From: Mobula hypostoma | Taxonomy: Eukaryota | Reading direction: 5' to 3' | Assembly (NCBI RefSeq): GCF_963921235.1 | Contig: NC_086118.1 | Coordinates: 25,794,001 to 25,858,000, forward strand | Length of the DNA stretch: 64,000 nt | The notes under the pieces: generated by a model | What the model was told of the DNA's origin: nothing | The model's database searches: none | The model's input: only the letters and a program-made list of their open reading frames with translations | Position numbers and translations under genes: made by a program | Shown: piece after piece, positions 12,554-25,964 of the stretch | Position numbering within the stretch: the stretch's first letter is position 1 | Layout: each line of letters begins with the position of its first letter

Positions 12554-14001
12554 TTAAATGATAATAATTGTTATTTTAGTAGTAATTATACTAAAATGTA
12601 TTGAAACACTCTTTAATGAGAATGATTTTCAATCAGTATCTGAGTCATATGAATCAAACTTACTCAATTTGACCCATAGTCTGACAACAATTACCTCAAC
12701 TGTGGTGTCAATGGAGGTAAGACATGGATTTACAAGTACCTATGAATTAACAAAGGACAAAAAACCTGATGACTTAGTGGGGAGCATCCTCACTTCTGAC
12801 TATATGTGTCCCACTTAATAGATTTGTACAAAAGTCAATTTAGATAGTGCAGTATTGAACAGGTCTTGGATGTAAAGCTAAACTGATGTCTTGTTTGTTC
12901 TTGAAGCTAGATGCAAGTTATATCAAAGAGCAGCAGGCCAATAATCCTTGGTGTCCAGGTCAATGTTTATCCTACATGAAGCAGATGATTCACACTACTG
13001 TTTGTGGGAGCTTGCTGTGCACAAGATGGCTGCTACAGTTATGGAAACTGTGGGCACGTAATTTTCAGCATTAGAAGAGGATAACATATCAGCCATCCAA
13101 AAATGATATGGGGATGGAGACTCACAAAAATTAATGTAATAGTAAACAAGAAACTAAATACTATTGAATAAATTAATGGAAAACAAGGGGCAAGGAAATA
13201 GTGCATGAGAGTGACAGCGAAGTAAATCAGCCATGTTCTCACTGAATGGCAAAGTCTGAATGGACTGCTCTTGGTTTTAGTTTTTATAGTCCTTCATGTT
13301 AATGCCAGTTAAGAGTAACAAAGTCTCAGGGATAATTTCACTTCCTGGTTTTAGAACAACCAAGAAATCCTAAAAACCATAGATTGATTAGCCTAGAAAA
13401 TTACTAGAATCTGAAGTTAATTTGGCGATGGCTGCCATTTGAGAGTTTGTACATTGTGCCATCAGGAGGCGGTAGTGACTTGATGGCGTTCGACACTAAC
13501 AATGACTGAGTCAGATATTTTACTGACTGGTAAACTTGCCATTCAGGAATCCTGTTGTTACCTGGCGGAGGATGAAACAAGAACGAGAAGGATACCAGTA
13601 AGAAAAATATAGGGGGTGGGAAAGAAAAGACAGTCTGACTGGCAAGGTAGTTAGTTAATGGTTATATAGCAAATTTCCAAGAACACTAGTTATAAGAAGT
13701 GGCAACGTGAATGGCTACTTTCTACTTCCGTGAAAGTCAGAGAAGACTAGCATCCCAGAAACAGGAGATGAAGACAGAACTCCAGAAGCGGAGTTCAAAT
13801 AAACAAACACAAAAGAGGCTGCAGATACTAAAATTCTGAATAACGTGTAGAGTCAAAAGTTGCAGGTCAATGTCTTGGGTCAAGAACCTGCATCAGGAGT
13901 AGTGATATACAAATGTTACTTCCATTTACTACAGATTATTTCTTCCAAGTATGTTTTCTTTTTGGTGCTACCATCACACAACTGATCGTAGTTTCCATTG
14001 T

Positions 14002-14275
14002 GCACAGGTAACATAGTGATTAGCACTACCCTTCGCAGTACAGGCAACCAGGGTTCAATTCCCGCCATTGCCTGTGAGGAGTTTGTAAGTACTCCCGTGA
14101 CTGCGTGGGTTTCCTCTGGGTGCTGTGATTTCCTCCCACAGTCCAAAGACATACTGGTTGGTAGGATAATTGGTCATTGTAAATTATCCCATGAGGATTA
14201 GATTGGGGGATTGCTGGGCGGACGTGGCTCGAAGGACTGGAAAGGCAGCTCCAAGCTGTATCTTAATATAAAAAT
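14002..14275 (+). mobile_element. tRNA-derived V-SINE (HE1-like)
   Basis: B box GGTTCAATTCC; V-domain GTGACTGCGTGGGTTTCCTCTGGGTGCT...TTTCCTCCCACAGTCCAAAGAC; CR1-like tail GGCTCGAAGG. Confidence 0.8.
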
Positions 14276-15850
14276 ATGAACAGTCTTGATATATTTAGTG
14301 CAAACAAAGTGAAACACTTGAAGTGAGAAATCAAAAATCATCCAGGACTCCAATTCTGATCACGGTGCTATCTGCTGGCTCTAGTGAATGCAAGAGGTGG
14401 TTCAATTATGAACCAGTAGAGACCACGTGAGGAATGGTAACTTGTGGATGATAGCATCCTTGGAAATCCACGTGAATTTGTTGCTTTACAAATGAGGTAG
14501 GGGCTGGGCGTGGAAGAAAAGACTACACTCACTAATCCAATATAAAGAGTAATATATTAATATTCTGCCCACATCCATTTGACAGTTTAACAGGAATACA
14601 ATATTTGCTATCTAACCCATTTTCTCATTAATGCTAGTTGTGGAATTGTTAACATTTTAATCTAATAATCATGTGAGAAGATTGAGAAGTACATGGAATA
14701 AAATTCAACACAATCTAGTTGGTTAGGAACATTGGAAATGCATGCAGGTTCTTGGTGAAGTTCAGTTCCTGGAACTTCAGAAAATTATTCAATTAAGGTG
14801 AGGCAAAGCAGTCTCACAAAATGGTTGGAGTGATATGTGAAAAACAGATAACCCAGTGGTTAAGACACAGTGTTTGGAAATATCCTGAATATAATTTAAC
14901 TACTAAGATGAAAAACCAAAGTCTTATGTGAGCTCTTTTACCAATTACTAACCCATCTAATATAAATGGCTTTAATCTGCTTGTTGAATTCTAATAGGAA
15001 TTTTATATAAGCTTGTTACATAAGATATTAAAAGGGAATAATTTCATCTTCAATTTTGGTCCATCATAAATAGTTATCTTGCAACTGTAGTGTGGTAATC
15101 TGATCCATAAGGGCTCAGAGTTGATTCTGTAGGCTCAAAATGCTAAAAAAAAACAGAATTCTATTCCCAAACATAATTAAAAACATGAAAACCTCCAGAA
15201 CAGTGAAAAAATATTTTTATTTAATCCTTCAGAAGGGCCTAAAAGTGTTCTTTTGATAAAAGAATGCAAGCTGCAAAATATGGAGGTGATTTATGGCTTT
15301 TGAAAGGAACTGATTTTCTTGTCCGGTCATATTTACCCTGCAGACCTACACTGATAGGTTATTTGTAAAAGGTGATTTACTTCAGTTACTGAAGCACAAT
15401 TCTGAGACACCACAGAGTAAACTGGCTTCTTTCACTCTAATGTATGGTGCATCACACTATCTAAAATACTGTTTCTGTCAGGAAAGTGAACGGAGTATTA
15501 GTGCGTGGCAAAATGGAAACACAAGAGACTGCAGATGCCGGAAAAAGCTGACTTGATCTGAAATGTTATTTCTCTCTGTAGATCACTTTTCTTGTTAAGC
15601 ATAATTCAATGAAACTGACTGGATTAATATACATTGTAGTTTGTTATATCCATTTCTGGAACACGGAGACCAAAATAATAGTGATGTAATCGATCCATAT
15701 TTCATATATAGTGGAAGCAGTGTTTATACCTGTGATTAGCAGAGAATTCAATCACTGTTTTAACTATTTGTAAAAGATGCTGGTTCTTGATTTGTGATAC
15801 CTAGCTCATTATTCTAGTTCCTTAAGATTCAGATAGATCCGAATGCTCAC

Positions 15851-15924
15851 CTGGTATTGAGACCAGTTTCTGCAGCTCTTTCTTAAGTCGGGTTATTTCT
15901 TTGCATAGTTGTATGTCATCCATC
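15851..15924 (-). CDS. BMERB1: BMERB1-like internal coding exon B (74 nt)
   Basis: ttttctAG|G ATG GAT GAC...ATA CCA G|GTgagc = (M)MDDIQLCKEITRLKKELQKLVSIP. Phase 2 in and phase 1 out, compatible with both neighbouring exons. Confidence 0.92.
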
Positions 15925-16174
15925 CTAGAAAATGTCAAAATAGTACATTGATAAATTTAACAGGTTGACATTGGGCAATTTCAGTGAGCAGAATAGTGAA
16001 ATCCAATAAGAAAATCTTTATTAAACAATTTAATGCATCGAAAATAAACTAATTAGTTCCAATGTATGAAACAAGATGCATTCAAAACTGTGGGTAAAAC
16101 CTCGTGCAGGTAAACAAACTTCTCCCTATCTATAGTTAGCTTTTTTTATTTCACAGCAGCATAGTAGGTGCACA

Positions 16175-16635
16175 AAATCATAGAACTGTACAGCTCTTGG
16201 CTTCCTGTCCATTTTGACCATTGTACTTTTCTGTACTAATCCTATTTACCTGCATTAGGTCTACACCCTTCTATGCCTTGATGATTCAAGTTCTCATCAA
16301 GGTGCTTCTTAAATATTGAGACAACACCTCCTCAAGCAGTGTGTTCCAGTTTACAATGACTCTATGTGAAGAAATTCCCCCTCAGATAGACCCTCTATCT
16401 CTTACTTTATTACTTTACTCTCGAGAGTTCCAGAATATTAAAAGATTATTACTATCTACTCTATCAATCCTTCTTTTGTGTATGTGTATCAGATCACCCC
16501 TCAGACTCCTGAGTTCTAGGGAAAACAACCCCAGCTTATCCAACCCTTCCTTATAACTGTGACATTCCAATCTCGGCAACATCCTGGTGAATCTCCTCTG
16601 TACCCTCTCCAGTGCAATCACCTCCTTCCTGTGCT
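16175..16635 (-). mobile_element. CR1 3' fragment, degraded
   Basis: IALERVQRRFTRMLP...LGLFSLELRSLRGDLI. Confidence 0.85.
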
Positions 16636-16739
16636 TCTGTGGATCATTTTATTTCTGTAATGTGAACTTGCCATTTCTTGTGGTCTGTTCAAAATCAAAT
16701 AATCAAATAGCTATCATTATAGCCCACAATGTGTGATCA

Positions 16740-17360
16740 AGATCGGAAATACAAACATCAAACAAGTCACAAATTCAAATATCTTGGCCCCTAATAACAA
16801 GTAATGGCAGGTGCGACACAGATATCAAATACAGAATAGCAATGGCAAAAGAAGCTTTCCAAAAAATGAAGTCCATATTAACAAACAGAAAGATGAGCAC
16901 GTACACTAAAAACAGAATACTGCAATTGTATATTTATTCTATCCTGACTTATGGAAGTGAATGCTGGACCATTTCCCCAACAATGGAAAAGAGACTAGAA
17001 GCAGCTGAATTATGGTTCTACAGGAGAATGTTAAAAATATCATGGACCACACACACATCAAATGAAGAAGTTCTCAGAAGAGCCCAAGCAGTTCGATCAC
17101 TCATACCAACAATAAGAGAAGGACAACTCAGATTCCTTGGACACATCATGCGGAAAGATGAACTAGAAAAACTCATACTTTCTGGAAAGATTGAGGGGAG
17201 TAAACCTAGAGGAAGATCTCGCCTTATGTACATCAAAAGCATAGCCAGGTGGCTACACATCGAGGAAATGGAAGTCATCCAAAAAAACGAAGGATAGATC
17301 TGCATGGAAAACCATGGTCACTAAAGTCCGCATCGGATATGGTACCCAGACAGACAGATT
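16740..17360 (+). mobile_element. RTE-clade LINE 3' fragment
   Basis: LTYGSECWT...LEAAELWFYRRMLKISW...SNEEVL...LRFLGHIMRK...GKIEG..PRGR; (CAGA)n tail. Confidence 0.88.
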
Positions 17361-20289
17361 GATATAGCTACAGATTTTATTAACTTTTTGAAGCATATTG
17401 CAGTAAATATGTATTCAGCAACGTTAAAAATAAATTTAAAGATTACTTGCCACACAATCACCTTTTTTGGAATAGCATCTTCCCCTCTGCCATCAGACTT
17501 CTGAATGGTCCATGAAACCATGAACTACTTAGTCTCTGCTTGCACTACTCATTTATTTTTATATATTTATTACAGTAAATTATTGTAACTTTTTAAAGTA
17601 TTGCACTGTAATCCTGCGGCAAACAACAAATTTCATTAGATATTGTATGTCAGTGATAATAAACTTGATTCCGATTGTACATTCTAAGTGAACATTCGCC
17701 GTAAACAGCTTTTATTCTCTAACAATGGATTGTCAGCTCTCTGGAACAGACAATACAAAGTATTAACTAAGTAATAAATTAATCACTGTTAAAAGTTACG
17801 CACAAAATTAAAATACTTCACTTCAATACTTAATTTAATAATCAATTATGTGTGCATGAATAAGGTTGTACTTTATGTATATATACCTCTATTCCAATGG
17901 TAACCTTACAGCTGTATGTCTTTCAATGTAAGAGCAGCAATTTCTAACCATAAATGATTTATAACATTATGATTTATATCGTTTTCTCCTTACGTTGCAG
18001 TCTTCCCACTGGAAATTATATCCTTATCTAAACCAAGTCCAGAATACTTTCAAGTAGTACAATGGGAAAATAATTGGAAATTTTGTTTTGCCGTAAAATT
18101 CTATCAAGAAGCTTTCAACTGCATTGGTGTATTTTTCATTATGAAGAAATGCGGGTTGTATCGTAGTTCTACTTAATAGGAATTTCAATCCGAATCAATG
18201 AAATGATGAAGCTGACAGTTGAATGCAGAGGAAAATACATCTAGCTCTGGCAGTGACAAAGAACCTACATCATGCATATTTTCATTTTCAACCCCACCCC
18301 CCCCCACCATGGTAGGAGCCCTACTCCCTCAGAAAGCCTCAGCTGACACAGCCAAAAAACATTATATTGCTCATTGACTCCGTAATCCTGATGCTCGCTC
18401 TTCCCTGGGAGAAGGAGGTTCAGTGTGTACAATCAACAGCTTGTCTTTCTTTTGAATAACGAAAACCAATAACTAAAAAGTTGCAGAGCTCTAAAATCCA
18501 TTTCTAATTTCAAGCTCAGTTAGGGGGTCTGAGTTTCAACAAAGAAACACAGTGAATGGAAACAGATGAAAAATGTTGCAGATGGTCTCTTTCAAAAATG
18601 TTCAATTCCAAATTGTAGAAAGCATTACTTGTTTCAGTCTAGCTCGCTTATAATATTTGATTTACTTTATTTCATGCCTTGAACTTTATTGTCATTGAAA
18701 ACCTCCAGTTCCATAATATCTTTCAATTATATATAGCAAACCTCATTAAAAAGCATTATAATAGTACATTTATAGCATTTTCACTATGGATGAGTATATA
18801 CTATTATGATTTTAATGTTGATATTATTTAATGAAATGTATCTGGCCATGTAATGTTAACTTGATCAACAAAACACTATTTTCATAGCAAGTATAGTGTA
18901 TGTGTGAAGCAGCAAACAGTTATGACAATACTTAAACTAAGAAACCAATGACTGTATAAATTAACATTAAAAACATGGACTGAGAGTGGATTCATTTGAG
19001 CTCTTTAATCTAATATTATAGAAAATGACAGCTACAGAAATGGTTAAACATTGAGTGATTTTATAAAAATAGTCATAAAACACTGGAGCTCTATCATTTA
19101 TTTTCATAGTCAAAACCACCAATGCTTGGAAGCTTATTATGCATGTAAGACGTAAAATGGCCTCAAATCAGTGCATCACAAAGATAAAGAGGGGAGAGGG
19201 TTAAGTTTCCTTTTGGAATTAATGGACAGGATATTGCAGATGTGCAAATACTCAATAAGAGCTGCTCATGTGCATCAAAGCAGAAAATCCGCCCTCAAGT
19301 TATGACCAGGGTAAGGAAAAAAATGAAAATACATTTCATCTGGGCTCTTTATCACCACCAGACGGGCTGCCATTTTCTCTGCGCTCAGTTTTTGAGCTTC
19401 ATCCTTTCACTAATTAGGGATGAAATCCATGTTCAAACAGAAAAAGGGAAGTCACTGATTTTCTTCATAACTAGAGGCACACTAATACTACTGTAAAATG
19501 AAGCACTTCTGCTCTCTGTGTTTGCGTTAGCTCTAAAGACTTGCCAATTATTTGCAAACCCTCATTCTTTCCCTTGGAATAAATAGTTTTCAGGTGTATG
19601 GCATACCGCATCTACCTCCAATGCTCTTTTAGACAATGTATTTGAGATCATAACAACTCCAACATAACAAAAATTCCCTCCCATCTCACTAATTAGTTAT
19701 CGAATAATGATTCTATTGTCAGCATTTACTTTGTTCAAAATCCCTCATAATTCACAACACCTTTAATTTTCTCTTATGGAAGAACAGTCTCAACTTTTCT
19801 TCCTTTGTAAATGAATGTATTCATCATTATTGAATACAATTGCTCTTACATTGAAGAGAGAACAGATAATGAAAGCATTGAGTTCATTCAGTTTTTAAAT
19901 CACCTAATCCTGCAACTCACACTTGACTGTACAGACGATGTGCAAAAAGATTTGTGTTCATGTTATTCATGTTAGATTTTCTCCGATTAAAGATATTCAA
20001 ATTTTGTAAATTAAGGTAATGCTTTATATTTCATTAACATTCCAAAATGATGATGCTTCACCACAATAATGACAATTTCATTACATTCTGAGCATAGGTA
20101 TGATGCAATTTTTAACAAGAGCTTCAAGAAATATCATTACTGATCAACTTATCCAGGCTGATTTCAAGGACAGGATGTGCATTGACAATTGTACGTTCAT
20201 TTCTCATCCCCTTTAGGTAATGCTTGCACAAGGTTCTTGAATTCAAAAATTAATTAGCTTCATAAAAATATACATGTCCCTCCAATTCT

Positions 20290-20740
20290 AAGATTCAATG
20301 TTTCAAAGCACATTTATTATCAAAGAATGTATTAATTACACACCTTGAAATTTGTCTGCTAATAGGCAGCCACAAAGCAAGAAACTCGAATAACCCAGTT
20401 TTAAAAAATGACCATAAATCACTGGGCAGAGAAAGAGAGAAACAAAATATACACACACATTGTTCAAATAATACAAGCAAGCTAACAGCATCGCAAACTA
20501 GAATGAGTCCCAGTTCCACTCCCAAAGCAGCTAGAGTAGGCCCAAGCCCAGCCTCGGGCCCCAGTTTTCATCCAAGCAGGGCAGAACCGCACAGCAGTCA
20601 GATCAGTTCATAGCCTCGGCACCACAGAGAAAAGAATGAACATTCATGGGAGAGTGAGTAACATTTTTAGTCGATTCTCTTGCCTCATGATTTATCAGTA
20701 AGATGTCGCACATCTTCAGTAGTGCCATCTTAAACCGAAA
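20290..20740 (-). mobile_element. Non-autonomous retroelement with Rex1-like tail
   Basis: Tail like 3240-3365 and 53790; 5' AAGATGGC motif at ~20724-20731. Confidence 0.6.
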
Positions 20741-20924
20741 ACAGTTATGGCTCCATTGGCCCTTCATGGCTAGTCTGCAATTCTTCCCACTCCCTATTTC
20801 TATTCTCTGCGTCACCTTTGTGCTTAACTACCTGTCAATCTCCACCTTGAATATATTCCCTAGCTCCACCTCTACTGCTCTTGGGGATAGAGAATTTCAA
20901 AGCTTCACTATTCTCTGAAAAAAA

Positions 20925-21500
20925 GTGTTCAAAGTTCAAAGTAAAACTTATTATCAGAGTACGTACAGGTCACCACATACAACCCCGAGATTATTTTTTC
21001 AGGGGCACACTCAGCAAATCAATAGAACAGTAACTGTAAACAGGATCTGTAAACTATAAATATCAGGAACTGTACACAAATTGTGCAAATGCAGATAATA
21101 ACTAAATGGCAATAAATAGCATGAAGTGACAAGATAAAAGAGTCCTTAAATGAGTATAGTTATCACCTTTTGTTCAAGAGCCTGATGGTTGAGGGGAAGT
21201 AACAGTTCTTGAACCCGGTGGTGCGAGTCCTGAGGCTCTTGTACCTTCTACCCGATGGCAGCAGTGAGAAAAGATCATGGCCTGGGTAGTGAGCATCTCT
21301 GATGATGGATGCTGCTTTCCTACAGCAATGTTTCATGTAGATGTGCTCAATGGTTGGGAGGGTTTTACCCATGATGTACTGGGCTGAATCCACTACCTTT
21401 TGCAGGATTTTCTGCTCAAAGGCATTGGTGTTCCCATACCAGGCTATAATGCAGCTAGTCAGCATACTTTCCACCACATATCTGTTGAAGTTTGCCAGGA
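20925..21500 (-). mobile_element. Rex1/Babar LINE 3' fragment
   Basis: VVESMLTSCIIAWYGN...LLPSGRRYKSL...YFPSTIRLLN; (TTTGAAC)n tail. Confidence 0.88.
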
Positions 21501-21997
21501 AGAAATTCCTCCTCATTCCCTCATTCTAAAACCATACTATTGCTTCCATATACCTCACAAGAGAAACATCTTCTCAGCAAACCAATCTTTTGGTCCCCTT
21601 CAGAATGTTATACATTTCAACATCAACAAACACAAAATGCTAGAGGAAGTCAGCAAGCCAGTCAGCATCTATGGAGGGGAATAAACAGTCGAACTTTTGG
21701 GCTGAGATCAATCATTGCCTGTTTATTCCTCTCCATAAATGTTGCTTGATTTGCTGAGTTCTTCCAGCAGTTTGTGTGTGTTGCTGTAGATTTGCAGCAT
21801 CTGCAGAATCTTGTCTTTATACATTTCAATAAAATCACTTTCAGTCCCATTAATGTAGGCCCAAAATGTTTGCTCCTTTTATCTCAGGAATCACCCACAT
21901 TAGCCATACTCAGCATATTGTCAGAGTTTTGTGCCTATCTACGAAAGGGTGAGGTATAGTGAGGTGGTGTTTGTGGACCATTCAGAAATCTGATGGC

Positions 21998-22538
21998 TAG
22001 GGTTGCCAACTTTCTCACTCCCAAATAAGGGACAAAAGTAGCAGTCAAATACGGGACACTTGTGTTTACTCCGAGAAAGACTACCATGACCATGAAGCCT
22101 TGCACGGGCACCTGTGTGTGTATGTGTGATGTGCGCATACATGACGTGCGCATGCGTGCACGTGCCGATTTTTTTCTACAAATCGGTTTTGGCTTAATCT
22201 TCCTGACTGTACCTTCATTATTTCTACTTTATATAGGCTGAGTATTTATCATATCATTCCTGCTTTTACTATATGTTAGTGTTATTTTAGGTTTTATGTG
22301 TTATTTGGTATGATTTTGTAGGTTATTTTTTGAGTCTGGGAACGCTCAAAAATTTTTCCCATATAAATTAATGGCAATTGCTTCTTCGCTTTACGCCATT
22401 TCGGCTTACAAATGGTTTCATAGGAACGCTCCACCTTAGCTGGGGAATTACGGGACAAGGGTGGTCCCATATGGCACAAACCAATTTAGCCCAATATATG
22501 GGATATCCCGGCTAATACGGGACAGTTGGCAAACCCTA
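21998..22538. mobile_element. hAT (Blackjack-like) non-autonomous DNA transposon
   Basis: TIRs TAGGGTTGCCAAC / GTTGGCAAACCCTA; perfect 8-bp TSD CTGATGGC at 21990-21997 and 22539-22546; sits inside a minus-strand Rex1 3' remnant. Confidence 0.9.
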
Positions 22539-23249
22539 CTGATGGCTGAGGGGAAGAAGCTGGTCCTAAAATGTTGATTGTGCATCTTCACACTCTCGTA
22601 CCTCCTCCCTGCTGATAATAATGTGAAGAGGGCATGTCTCAGATGGTGAGGTACTTATTAATGGATACCACCTTCATTGGTCTTCTGGCAAGATGGAAGT
22701 GTGTTCAGATGCAGATGCCTCTCAGGGGCCAACCAAAGGTGTTTTTGTCTTTTTAAAATGTTTTGCTTATGATCACAGGACAATGTCGGTTATTAAGTAC
22801 TTAAGGAACTGCAGGTCTACCCCATCAGTGAGTTGGTGGACAAGCTGGACCTGGTGCAGATCATGTTACTACCTGCTATAGGAAGGCATAGGCATCAGTG
22901 CGCAAAAGCAATGTGTAGACTAACTGCGAGTGATCGTCTTGGAGATTTCTCTTGCAATTGCAAGACCCTGTTGGACATAAAAAGTGTACAATGCTGCAAG
23001 TGTGTTTCCCTTGTTTATTGGTGAGACAGACAGTGAGGAAGCTGCTGGCCTTGGTTTTAGTGAGGACTAGGCCTCAAGCTGCGGTCTTGCCTGTTGCAGC
23101 GGTCCAGGCGAGGAGATGCCAGAGGCGGTTTAGCACAGTATCCATGCTTGGTCAGGCTGGCCCCTCCCACTGGTGCTGCCCTCCAGTGTTTGATCGGTGA
23201 AATGACACTAGCAGTATGGTGTTAGTTCTCGAGTGTCAGAGAAGTGTGT

Positions 23250-24790
23250 GAAGTTGCCATTACTACAGAGAAAATTCTTGGAAAAGTGAAAGGTCTGAAG
23301 GTAGATAAATCACTAGGACCAGATGGCGTACACCCCAGGGTTCTGAAAGAGGTGACTGAAGAGATTATGGAGACGTTACTAATAATCTTTCAAGAATGAA
23401 TAGAATCTGTAATGGTTCTAGAAGACTGGAAAATTGAAAATATTACTCTACTCTTCGAGAAGGGACAGAGGAAGAAGAAAGGAAATTATAGGCTAGTTAG
23501 TCAGACTTCAGTGGTTGGGAAGATATTGGAATCAATACTTAAGGGGTACCCCAATACTTAAGGTTTTGGGGTACTTGAAGGCATGTGATAAAATGGGCCA
23601 TAGTCAGCATGGTTTCCTCAAGGGAAAATGTTGCCTGACAAATCTGTTGGAATTCTTTGAAGAAATAACAAGCAGGATAGACAAAGGATAACTGGGTGGT
23701 GTTGTGTACTTGCAGCTGACTGGCAGGAAAAAAAGAGTGGAAATGAAGGGAGTCTTTTCTGGTTGGCTGCCGGAGACTATCAGTGTTCCACGTGTCTGTG
23801 TTAGGAGCGCTTCTTTTTACATTATATGTCAATGTTTTGGATGATGGAATTGATGGCTTTGTTGCAAAGTTTGGTGACGATACCAAGACATGTGGAGGGG
23901 CAGGTAGTTTTGAGAAAGTAGAGGGGCTACATCAAGACTTGGACAGATTAAGAGAATGGGCAAAGAAGTGGCAGATGGAATAGTGTTGGGAAGTGTATGG
24001 TCATGCACTTTGGTAGAAGAAATAAAAGAGTAGACTATTTTCTAAATGGAGCGAAAATCCAAAAATCCGAAGCACAAAGGGAATTGGAAGTCCTTGTGCA
24101 GAGTCCCCTAAAGGTTCATTTGCAGGTTGAATCTGTGGCGAGGAAGAAAAATACAATGTTAGCATCAATTCCAAGAGGACTAGAATATAAAAGGATGTAA
24201 TGCTGAGGCTTTATAAAGAACCGGTGAGGCATCACTTGGAGCTGTGAGCAGTTTTGGGCTCCTTTTCTTAGAAAGAATATGCTGACACTGGACAGAGTTC
24301 AAAAGAAATTCACGAAAATGATTCCAGGATTGAATGGCTTGTCATAAGAAGAGTATTTGATAGCTCTGGGTCTGTATTCACTAGAATTCAGAAGAATAAG
24401 GGGTGACCTCATTGAAACCTATTGAATGGTGAAAGCTCTTGATAGAGTGGATGGGAAGAGGATGATTCCTATGGTGGGAAAGTCTAGCACCTGAGGACAC
24501 AGCCTCAGAATAGAGGGGTGTACTTTTAAAATGCAGATGAGGAGGACATTCTTCAGCCAGAGGGTGGTGAATCTGTGGAATAAGTCACCACAGGAAGCTG
24601 TGGAGGCCAAGTCTTTATGAATATTTAACGCAGAAGTTGATAGATTCTTGATTAATCAAGACATGAAAGGATATGGGAGAAGGCAGGAGATTGTAGCTGA
24701 GAGGATTAATGGATCAGCCAGGATAAAATGGCAGAGCAGATTCAATGGGCCAAATGGCCAAATTCTGCTCCTATATCTTATGGTCTTAAT
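23250..24790 (+). mobile_element. CR1 LINE ORF2 remnant, 5'-truncated with internal deletion
   Basis: GPDGVHPRVLKE, LTNLLEFFE, AKFGDDTK, HFGRRNK motifs; CR1 3' hairpin and TCTTATGGTCTT tail. Confidence 0.9.
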
Positions 24791-24839
24791 CCAATGAATC
24801 GTAGCATTCCCTTTATCATAAGTACTGTATACCTTCCCT

Positions 24840-25250
24840 CAGACAGGGAGTCCATACTTGGACAAAATGTACTGATGTAGTCTCTCTCCAACTAGAACAA
24901 GCTAACTGTCCTCCAGTATTCATCTCCGCTTCTAACAAAGCTCAAAATGCCCTTTGTCTTTCAAGTTGCATTCCACACCTCTGAATTAACTTCCAATGAT
25001 TTGTATGCAAGGACTCCTGGTTCCTGCTGAACACCAACATCTTTTAACCCTTGCTGCACTTTCCTACAACCCATTTTGCTATGCGGCTTCATATCATCAG
25101 CAAACTTAGACAGATTACACTGATGCTTCATCCATACCATCAATAAAGATTGCGAACAGCCAAGGCGCCAACTCTCAACCCAATGGCCTCCTTCCAATCA
25201 CAAATCCCAAAAGTGACCAGCTTGTTCCTACTCTCTTGTTTTCTTGTAAA
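24840..25250 (-). mobile_element. CR1 RT fragment, degraded
   Basis: CNLSKFADDMK in ORF 24961-25197. Confidence 0.65.
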
Positions 25251-25964
25251 GCTGTTTAGCCACTGCTATGATTTATGCCATGCATTGTTATTATTGCCAT
25301 TTCCATGGTATAAACACAATGAGCAAAAAAGTGTTTTATCATTTAAAAAATGTTCTAAGAAGGTGCTAACGTGGTGCCCTTGCCATTTTTTTCTGAAGTC
25401 TCTTGCGTATGCATTTCATGCATGTACAATAATAGAATTGACTGAGCACAAATAACTTCGTACAGACATAAACTGATTCAGTCTATCCACCACAGCCTGA
25501 TTTAAAAGGGGAGGTCAGCAAGGAATCCAACCACAGCGGCGACTCTTCATGCAGCTGATGTTAAGGGAGGGCGCAGCACTGCCACAGGATGGGCACCCTG
25601 ATCCAGAGATGCATGAGTTGAGTTCAGGGCAACATTGACCATCGGTGAAGCTGCAGGACCTGGTAGAGCAGCAGCAACCCAGCCTTGGAGTTTAGATTCT
25701 GCAGTCATTGTTCCCTGGACAGCCTGAGATAGCTGGAGAACTTCTGGAAAGCTCTTAAGTGATGAGGCATCTTAGTCAGAGCTGTTCATGTCCACTCTCA
25801 GACTTTCTGTCAAATAACTCTTACTTTTGACCCTTCTACTGTTCCTGGCCATCCTGAGAGTTAAGAGGACACTGCAGTAAAGGCCCTTGTCCATAACTTG
25901 CACCTGAAGTCTTAGAGCTCACAAAGTAATGTACTCAAATCCAAATGACTCCACAACAACCCCA

